DNA of 64,000 bases from the IMG/VR virus record IMGVR_UViG_3300025678_000930; one strand, given 5' to 3'. The DNA is from an uncultured virus (IMG/VR IMGVR_UViG_3300025678_000930). Taxonomy: Duplodnaviria; Heunggongvirae; Uroviricota; Caudoviricetes. The position numbers and the translations under genes are program-made. Below, piece by piece: positions 56,714-64,000 of this stretch; position 1 is the first letter of the stretch; each line of letters starts with the position of its first letter. Under the pieces are notes generated by a model. It was not told where the DNA came from, ran no database searches, and worked only from the letters and a program-made list of their open reading frames with translations.

Positions 56714-59067
56714 AGATAGCATACGGCAACAGCCGAATGGATAAAAAGTGGAAAAACAGTGATATCAGCTGGGAGGATTTCTGCTCCCGTGTTAAGACCA
56801 CACAGCGTACCACCGAAACCGTGGAAGAATACCGAAAGATGAAAAAGGGTGGGCAGGATTCAATCAAAGATGTCGGTGGTTTTGTCGGTGGTCACTTAAA
56901 AGACGGTAGACGAAAAAAAGGCAACGTGCTGTCACGCTCTGTGCTAACCCTTGATATGGATTATGGCACAAGCAGTATATGGGGTGAACTCTGCACTTTC
57001 TTCCCATATCAGTGCTGTATTTATTCTACCCATAAGCATACCCCAGAAAATCCAAGGCTTAGGCTGATCATTCCCCTATCCCGCGATGTGGGAGAGGAAG
57101 AATATGCTGCAGTCAGCCGTATGGTCGCAAAGGAGGTAGGCATTGACCTTTTTGATGACACTACCTATGAACCGGAAAGACTGATGTATTGGCCGTCTAC
57201 ATCGAGAAACGGCGAGTTTGTATATGAAGAAAAAGACGGCTCACTCCTTGACCCGGAAGTGTTTCTTAATAAATATGATGATTGGCATGACACAAGCACA
57301 TGGCCTGTATCCTCAAGGCAATCAGAGGTAATAGAACGTTCATTAAAAGAACAAGCTGACCCGCTTTCCAAGGAAGGTGTGGTCGGCACTTTCTGCCGTA
57401 CCTATTCAGTAACAGATGCGATTGATAAGTTTCTGAAAGATGTATATGAGCCTTCAGCAATGACAGGCAGATATGATTATATGCCGGCTGACTCAAGTGC
57501 AGGTGTCATTATCTATGATGATAAGTTTGCTTATTCCCACCACGCGACAGATCCAGCAAGCGGGAGACTTCTTAATGCTTTTGATCTTGTCCGTATTCAT
57601 AAGTTTGGCAATCTGGATGACAGAGCATCGGAGGCTACATCACCGAGTAAGTTGCCATCCTATGTTGCTATGTGTGAGTTCGCAATTAAGGATGATGAAG
57701 TAAAGGCTCAGTTTGCCAAAGAGCGTATGGATCAAGCAACGGCTGAGTTTACTGAGGATACTTGGCAGACGGCACTCGAACTTGATAAACAAGGCAGGAT
57801 TAAGGATACCCTAGACAACATTGTCCTTATAATCCGAAATGACCCGGAGCTTCAGTCCCTTGCCTTTAACAAACACCGTGACGGAATCGATGCAAGAAAC
57901 GGTCTGCCTTGGAATCAGATGAAAGAAGGATGGAATGACTCGGACAACGCCGCCCTAAAAGTGTATATATCTAATAAATATGGGGTCTACTCCCCAACTA
58001 AGACGAAAGATGCCATTCTTGCTGTGGCAGCAGAGCGGGCCTATCATCCTATAAAAGAATATCTCGACAACTTGTCGGAGTGGGATGGTATCGACAGAGT
58101 TGAAACCTTACTTGTTGATTACTTCGGAGCAACGGACAATTCCTATACAAAGGCCGTTACAAGAAAGACAATGGTTGCTGCGGTAGCACGCATTTATCAT
58201 CCTGGAACAAAGTTTGATAGTGTACTTATCCTTAATGGTCCACAGGGAATCGGTAAATCAACCTTCTTTGCAAAACTTGCCGGAGACTGGTTTTCAGATA
58301 GCTTGACTTTAACGGATATGAAGGATAAATCCGGCCCTGAAAAATTGCAGGGATATTGGATGTTGGAACTTGGGGAGCTTGCCGGGATGCGCAAGACCGA
58401 TGTTGAAGTTGTGAAATCCTTTATATCAAGGTGTGATGACAAGTACCGCGCCAGCTATGGTGTCAATGTTGAAAGCCATCCCCGTCAGTGTGTAATTGTA
58501 GGTTCTACCAATGCAGAGAGTGGATTCCTTCGAGATATCACAGGCAACAGAAGGTTCTGGCCGGTTCGTATCAGCGGTAACGGTAAAAAGAAAGCCTGGC
58601 AGATGTCTGTTTATGATGTTGAGCAGATATGGGCAGAAACACTGGTGCTTTATGAAAAGGGCGAAAAACTCTATCTTGAAGGTGATGATGTAAATTTAGC
58701 TACCAGTGAACAAGATGATGCCATGGAAAGTGATGAGCGTGAAGGGTTGGTTCGAACTTATCTTGATACGCTTTTGCCAGAGAATTGGGATACCATGTCA
58801 GCCTACGAGCGTAGAAATTTCCTGAACGGTAGTGAATTTGGCGGCGAATCTCATGTAGGTACTGTGGAACGTACCCTTGTTTGCAATATGGAAATCTGGT
58901 GCGAGTGTTTCGGCAAGGATGCGGCTGCCATGAAACCTGCAGACTCTTATGCCATTGCAGGCATTATGAAGAAGATCGGTGAATGGAACAAGTACACCGG
59001 GAACAAGAACGGAACAAGCAATTTTCCGATTTACGGCAAGCAACGTTGTTACGAGCGAAAAAGGTAA
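56710..59067 (+). CDS. Primase-like N-domain plus VapE/VirE ATPase
   Basis: LDMD, YSTHKH..PRLR; GPQGIGKST; RDITGNRRFWP. Confidence 0.85.
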   Translation: MKIAYGNSRMDKKWKNSDISWEDFCSRVKTTQRTTETVEEYRKMKKGGQDSIKDVGGFVGGHLKDGRRKKGNVLSRSVLTLDMDYGTSSIWGELCTFFPYQCCIYSTHKHTPENPRLRLIIPLSRDVGEEEYAAVSRMVAKEVGIDLFDDTTYEPERLMYWPSTSRNGEFVYEEKDGSLLDPEVFLNKYDDWHDTSTWPVSSRQSEVIERSLKEQADPLSKEGVVGTFCRTYSVTDAIDKFLKDVYEPSAMTGRYDYMPADSSAGVIIYDDKFAYSHHATDPASGRLLNAFDLVRIHKFGNLDDRASEATSPSKLPSYVAMCEFAIKDDEVKAQFAKERMDQATAEFTEDTWQTALELDKQGRIKDTLDNIVLIIRNDPELQSLAFNKHRDGIDARNGLPWNQMKEGWNDSDNAALKVYISNKYGVYSPTKTKDAILAVAAERAYHPIKEYLDNLSEWDGIDRVETLLVDYFGATDNSYTKAVTRKTMVAAVARIYHPGTKFDSVLILNGPQGIGKSTFFAKLAGDWFSDSLTLTDMKDKSGPEKLQGYWMLELGELAGMRKTDVEVVKSFISRCDDKYRASYGVNVESHPRQCVIVGSTNAESGFLRDITGNRRFWPVRISGNGKKKAWQMSVYDVEQIWAETLVLYEKGEKLYLEGDDVNLATSEQDDAMESDEREGLVRTYLDTLLPENWDTMSAYERRNFLNGSEFGGESHVGTVERTLVCNMEIWCECFGKDAAAMKPADSYAIAGIMKKIGEWNKYTGNKNGTSNFPIYGKQRCYERKR

Positions 59068-59281
59068 AGGTAGTTCCTTGTTCTTTGGTTGTTTCCTATA
59101 GTTGTTTTCTTAAAACCGTAGCAAATACCGATACTTCGGCTTAACGGGAATAACAGGAACAAGACTTTTACTACTTAGTAATAAATAAAAAAGTAATAGT
59201 AGAAATGTCGTGTGTGCGCGCATATAGGAAAAATCGTTCAAAGTTGTGCCTGTTGTTCCCCAATAAGAAATGGAGGACATT

Positions 59282-59569
59282 ATGCAAGAAAAATATATAG
59301 AGCAAAAATTGATAGCAGCAGTTAAAAACATGGGAGGCATTGCCCCGAAGTTTGTAAGTCCTGGATTTAATGGTATGCCAGACCGCCTTGTGCTGCTTCC
59401 TATGGGCAGAATCGCATTTATTGAATTAAAAGCACCGGGTAAAATGATGCGTCCCCTGCAAGTAAGGCGAAAAAGACAACTGGAAGCGTTAGGTTTTTTA
59501 GTTTACTGCATTGATAGTGTAGAGCAGATTGATGAAGTGTTACAAGAGATGGGAGGTGATGCCGAATGA
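59282..59569 (+). CDS. VRR-NUC domain nuclease
   Basis: Near-identical to 1114-1401. Confidence 0.85.
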   Translation: MQEKYIEQKLIAAVKNMGGIAPKFVSPGFNGMPDRLVLLPMGRIAFIELKAPGKMMRPLQVRRKRQLEALGFLVYCIDSVEQIDEVLQEMGGDAE

Positions 59570-60923
59570 AGTTCATACCACATGATTATCAGCAGTATGC
59601 AATTGATTTTATCGAGAGCAAGGCAATATCTGCAATATTCCTTGATATGGGCTTAGGTTAGGAAAAACTGCAATTACTCTCACTGCATTGTTTGACCTTT
59701 GTCTTGATAAATTTGAAATAAGAAAAGTCTTGATTATAGCCCCATTAAGAGTTGCATCTCAAACATGGCCTGCAGAAATAAAAAAGTGGGATCACCTCAA
59801 AGGCTTATCATACTCTGTGGCAGTAGGAACGGAAAAAGACAGAATCAATGCCCTTATGAAAAGAGCCACCATTTATATCATCAACCGTGAAAATGTAGAT
59901 TGGCTTGTAAACAAGAGCGGAATCCCCTTTGACTTCGATATGATTGTCATTGATGAGTTATCCTCTTTTAAGTCCTATGGTGCAAAGCGGTTTAAAAGCC
60001 TTCTGAAAGTAAGACCATCTGTAAGAAGGATTGTAGGTCTTACGGGAACACCTTCAAGTAACGGACTTATGGATTTATGGGCAGAGTTTCGTGTCCTTGA
60101 TTTAGGTCAGAGGCTTGGAAGGTACATAACCCACTACCGAAGTGCCTACTTTGTGCCGGATAAGCGTAATGCTGAAATTATCTTTTCATATAAGCCACTG
60201 CCGGGTGCTGAAGAAAGGATATACAGCCAAATCTCTGATATTACGATTTCCATGAAGTCTGCAGATTACCTCAAAATGCCTGAATGCGTCATAAATGAAG
60301 TGCCTGTGTATCTGAGTGAAAAGGAATGGATCATTTATTCTGATTTCCGAGATGAAATGGTTGCAAATTTAGGTGATGAGGAAATTGATGCAGTAAATGC
60401 GGCAGTTCTTTCTGGCAAACTCCTGCAGATGGCCAATGGTGCTGTTTATGATGATAAAAATAAAGCTCATCTTATTCATGATAGAAAACTTGATGCCTTG
60501 GAGGACTTGATTGAAGGTGCAAATGGGAAACCTGTGCTGGTTGCCTACTGGTATAAGCATGACCTGGAGCGTATCCAGAAGAGATTTTCTGCTAGGCAGA
60601 TAAAGACATCGAAAGATATTGAAGATTGGAATAACGGCAATATCCCAATAGCCGCTATTCATCCGGCAAGTGCAGGACACGGACTTAATCTTCAAAGTGG
60701 AGGTTCAACCCTTATATGGTTTGGACTTACCTGGTCTTTGGAGTTGTATCAGCAAACTAATGCCCGTCTTTATAGGCAAGGTCAAAATGAAACGGTTGTG
60801 ATACACCACATTATTGCTAAAGACACCATAGATGAAGATGTTATGACTGCACTTACAAGAAAAGAAAAAACACAAACCTCTTTAATTGATGCTGTAAAAG
60901 CAAAATTGGAGGTGGTGCGATGA
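59566..60923 (+). CDS. SNF2-family helicase interrupted by the same TTAGG duplication (31-aa ORF 59566-59661, remainder in another frame)
   Basis: FLDMGLG* then GKTA in the frame of 59688-60923; other helicase motifs intact. Confidence 0.85.
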
Positions 60924-61144
60924 CCGACCCTTATGAACAACTTGCAAATGCCATTATTCTGCAAGCTGTCAAGGATTATAGGGATGCACTAAAGAAACTG
61001 AAAAAACGTCCCCGCTATGATCCTGCGAAGGACATGATATCCGAGGTGGAGAGGTTCTTCCATTCTGATTGGTATAGAGAACTTACCTCTGTTGATGGGA
61101 ATTTCCTAATTGAAAAATTAAGATCGGAGGTAAGAAGATTATGA
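60920..61144 (+). CDS. Conserved phage hypothetical protein
   Basis: LANAIILQAVKDYR. Confidence 0.7.
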   Translation: MTDPYEQLANAIILQAVKDYRDALKKLKKRPRYDPAKDMISEVERFFHSDWYRELTSVDGNFLIEKLRSEVRRL

Positions 61145-61566
61145 AAGTAAAGGAATATTTACACCAGGCTTATAGGCTTGATAAAAGAATACAATCTGAC
61201 ATCGAGGAAATGGAGTGCCTCAGAGAAATGGCAACAAGTGTATCATCTCCAAGTTGGGATGAAAAGGTGCAAACTTCACGAAATACGGATGCCAAGTTTG
61301 TAAGATGCTTAGAGCGGATTATAGATTTGGAAAGTAAAATAAATGCCGAGGTGGATAACCTTGTAGCACTCAAAGAGCAGATAAGGTGTGTTATAAACGA
61401 GGTTGCAGACACGGATGAACGCATGGTTCTACGCTATCGTTATGTGCATAACTTCACCTGGGAGCAAATCGGCGATGAACTTAATGCCGACAGAACAACA
61501 GTTTATAGGTGGCACAATGCAGCACTTAACCATGTGACTCTTCCTGAAGATCCTATTAAAATTTAG
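61141..61566 (+). CDS. DUF1492/RinA-like activator
   Basis: KEYLHQAYRLD.RI; RY...TWEQIG.EL HTH. Confidence 0.7.
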   Translation: MKVKEYLHQAYRLDKRIQSDIEEMECLREMATSVSSPSWDEKVQTSRNTDAKFVRCLERIIDLESKINAEVDNLVALKEQIRCVINEVADTDERMVLRYRYVHNFTWEQIGDELNADRTTVYRWHNAALNHVTLPEDPIKI

Positions 61567-61703
61567 TTTGCACATTCTGCAACACTTTGCAACAAGATAC
61601 CACAGTTGCATTTATGTTATTATATAATCAGCAAAATAGAATAGATTCCAAGCCTTGTGGGTTCGTCCTGCAGGGCTTTTTCTATGCCCAAAAGCGAGGT
61701 GAA

Positions 61704-62075
61704 ATGATGCCCTACAAACCAAAGCGTCCTTGTGCTTATCCCGGTTGCGGTCGGCTTGCTGAACGTGAACAATACTGTGCCGAGCATCAAAAGGCAATGG
61801 ACAAACATTACAACCAACATGAACGTGACCCAGTCTCCAATAAACGATATGGTCGTGCTTGGAAACGCATCCGTGACCGTTACATCAAGTCGCATCCCCT
61901 TTGTGAGGAGTGCGAGAAACAAGGTAGACTCACCCCTGCCGAAGAGGTACACCACATCCTCCCCCTCTCCAAAGGCGGAGGTAATGAGAAGAGTAATCTC
62001 ATGGCTCTCTGTAAATCCTGTCACTCAAGAATCACTGCTGAGAGCGGTGACCGGTGGGGGCGGTCAAATCTCTAA
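61704..62075 (+). CDS. HNH endonuclease
   Basis: Paralog of 4173-4529. Confidence 0.9.
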   Translation: MMPYKPKRPCAYPGCGRLAEREQYCAEHQKAMDKHYNQHERDPVSNKRYGRAWKRIRDRYIKSHPLCEECEKQGRLTPAEEVHHILPLSKGGGNEKSNLMALCKSCHSRITAESGDRWGRSNL

Positions 62076-62170
62076 AACTATTTTAAGCGGACAGCGGCGT
62101 GGGGCTTCGTGTGAAAAAATGCAGTTTCAAACGAGGGAATAACCCCAACCCTGCAAAGTGAGGTGATTAT

Positions 62171-62722
62171 ATGGCAAAAGACGGTACAAATCGAGGTGGC
62201 GCTCGTGTCGGTGCAGGTGCGAAAAAGAAACCCCTGACTGAAAAAATCGCCGAAGGCAATCCAGGCGGCAGGAAACTGACCGTGATGGAATTTAAGGAAA
62301 CAGCAGACCTAAAAGGACTTGAAATGCCCGAGCCAAATAAAATGCTTGAGGCAATACAAAAGGACGGCAAGGCTCTGGTAGCAGGAAAAATCTTCAGAAG
62401 TACATGGCAGTGGCTGAACGAACGCGGGTGTGCGGTTCTTGTATCACCTCAGTTATTAGAACGCTATGCCATGAGTGTGGCTCGTTGGATTCAATGTGAG
62501 GAAGCAGTCACGGAATATGGATTTTTAGCAAAACACCCGACTACGGGTAATGCCATTCAAAGTCCATATGTGGCAATGGGTCAGAATTACATGAGCCAAA
62601 CCAACCGGTTGTGGATGGAGATATTCCAGATTGTAAAAGAAAACTGCACCGGTGAATACAGCGGAGCAAATCCGCAGGACGATGTTATGGAGCGTCTGCT
62701 AACAGCGAGGCGAGGAAAATAA
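62171..62722 (+). CDS. Terminase small subunit, P27 family
   Basis: Near-identical to 4634-5185. Confidence 0.75.
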   Translation: MAKDGTNRGGARVGAGAKKKPLTEKIAEGNPGGRKLTVMEFKETADLKGLEMPEPNKMLEAIQKDGKALVAGKIFRSTWQWLNERGCAVLVSPQLLERYAMSVARWIQCEEAVTEYGFLAKHPTTGNAIQSPYVAMGQNYMSQTNRLWMEIFQIVKENCTGEYSGANPQDDVMERLLTARRGK

Positions 62723-62741
62723 ATATGATAGGAGAATAAAT

Positions 62742-63920
62742 ATGATTACTTATAAAACAGCTGAAAGTGTCTGTGCCGGACATCCCGATAAGCTTTGCGA
62801 CCTCATTGCTGACAATATTCTAGATGCTTGTATGCATAAGGATAAAGCTTCACGTGTGGCCTGCGAGGTCATGGCTACCAAAGGCAAGATTATCGTAGCG
62901 GGCGAAATCACCTGCAGCGGTAAAGTGGACATCCGTTTCATCGTAAAAAATGTACTTCGAGAGGTCGGATACAATCCGTGGAAATTCACAGTATTTGTAT
63001 TCGTGCACCATCAAAGCGCAGACATTGAAGCGGGTGTTAATAATGCACTTGAAGCAAGAAATGGTATCAATAATCCATATGGTTCTGTCGGCGCCGGAGA
63101 CCAAGGTACGGTTTACGGTTATGCAAGCAATGAAACCAGTAAGAACCTGCCCCTGCCACTGGTACTTTCCCATCGCATCGTAAAGCGCATTGATGACTGC
63201 CGCAAAGGAAAACTCATCAAAGGAATTCTGCCGGACGGAAAAGCACAGGTCACGGTAGAATATGAGGATGGTAAACCAAAGCGTGTGAAAACCATTGTAG
63301 TTTCAGTCCAGCATGATAAGGACAAAACCCAGGAAGAATTGAAGTCGGATATCCTTAGTAATGTACTTTGGCAGTGCTTTGAGGATTTTCCATTTGATGA
63401 TGATACTGAAATCCTTATTAATCCCTCAGGCAGATTTGTCGAAGGTGGTCCCGCTGCCGACACAGGCTTGACCGGCAGAAAAATCATGGTCGATACCTAC
63501 GGTGGCCTTGCATCCCACGGGGGAGGTGCCCTTTGCGGTAAGGACCCGACCAAGGTTGACCGAAGTGGTGCATATATGGCACGCTACATTGCAAAGAACA
63601 TTATTTGGAGCGGTCTTGCAGAGGAATGTGAGGTCGCTCTTTCTTATGCCATAGGAAAGGCAAATCCTGTGGCGGTTGATGTGACTTCCTTTGGTACAAG
63701 CAAACTCGCAGATGATCAGCTTTCCTATATTGTGCAGGAAGTATTTAACCTCCGACCTGCTGCAATCATCGAAAAATTACACTTAAGAAATGTCATCTAT
63801 TCCGATACGTCGGTTTACGGACATTTTAATTCAAGTCTGTTCCCCTGGGAGAATGTCAATATGTACACGAATTTAAGAAAGGCGGCTGAAATATATGCAG
63901 ATAGAAAAACTGAAAACTGA
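62742..63920 (+). CDS. metK: S-adenosylmethionine synthetase (phage-borne)
   Basis: Same motifs as 5204-6382. Confidence 0.95.
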   Translation: MITYKTAESVCAGHPDKLCDLIADNILDACMHKDKASRVACEVMATKGKIIVAGEITCSGKVDIRFIVKNVLREVGYNPWKFTVFVFVHHQSADIEAGVNNALEARNGINNPYGSVGAGDQGTVYGYASNETSKNLPLPLVLSHRIVKRIDDCRKGKLIKGILPDGKAQVTVEYEDGKPKRVKTIVVSVQHDKDKTQEELKSDILSNVLWQCFEDFPFDDDTEILINPSGRFVEGGPAADTGLTGRKIMVDTYGGLASHGGGALCGKDPTKVDRSGAYMARYIAKNIIWSGLAEECEVALSYAIGKANPVAVDVTSFGTSKLADDQLSYIVQEVFNLRPAAIIEKLHLRNVIYSDTSVYGHFNSSLFPWENVNMYTNLRKAAEIYADRKTEN

Positions 63921-64000
63921 GTTGTTGATTCCAGCCGACTATAATCCACGTAAAGACTTGAAACCCGGTGACCCTGAATACGAAAAGCTGAAACGTTCCA
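63895..64000 (+). CDS. ParB/N4-N6 methyltransferase, 5' part (runs off window)
   Basis: MQIEKLKTELLIPADYNPRKD, same as the N-terminus of 6357-7592. Confidence 0.85.
   Translation, partial: MQIEKLKTELLIPADYNPRKDLKPGDPEYEKLKRS

Larger units (their letters stand above)
47111..64000 (+). mobile_element. Prophage B, related to A; continues beyond window
   Basis: Cargo, regulators, then a VapE-to-methylase block collinear with 1-7592. Confidence 0.85.

Noticed and set aside
1..64000. Most minus-strand and short nested ORFs in the track (e.g. 4988-5635, 26694-27512, 6969-7511)
   Set aside because: They are antisense or alternative-frame shadows of well-supported plus-strand genes, with no SD or family motifs. 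Only 46401-46850 and nested 8551-8943 have support.
56710..64000. Assembly artefact duplicating 1-7592
   Set aside because: The copies differ throughout, VapE, helicase and activator are diverged, and A has an extra gene, so they are two distinct prophages.

Overview
The window shows two related temperate siphovirus-like prophages of a Firmicutes (probably Clostridia) host arranged head-to-tail. No intact host housekeeping genes are visible. Element A (<1 to about 47110) runs from VapE-like ATPase, VRR-NUC and SNF2 helicase through HNH/terminase, SAM synthetase plus three DNA methyltransferases, an amidoligase module, HK97-type head, tail and lysis genes. It continues with a family-A DNA polymerase module, a triple serine-recombinase cluster and cargo (PD-(D/E)XK nuclease, membrane protein, CIRCE-controlled Hsp20). 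An rlmD/rumA 3'-end remnant at about 47010-47152 marks the probable junction. Element B (about 47111 to >64000) starts with a twin-HNH/C5-MTase RM-like locus, ImmA/HTH/sigma/BRO regulators, then repeats the VapE-to-methylase block. Main observations: (1) both divergent SNF2 helicase genes are broken by the same 5-bp TTAGG duplication in Walker A (GGT-TAG-GA), suggesting recoding or phase variation; (2) three moron cassettes between terL and portal are each preceded by a copy of the terL 3' end plus a sigmaA promoter; (3) a +1-frame protein nested inside one C5-MTase is homologous to the in-frame C-terminal extension of the other C5-MTase; (4) two fixed-spacing bipartite motifs each recur three times and define probable phage regulons. 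All family calls come from motif recognition by eye; no database searches were run.
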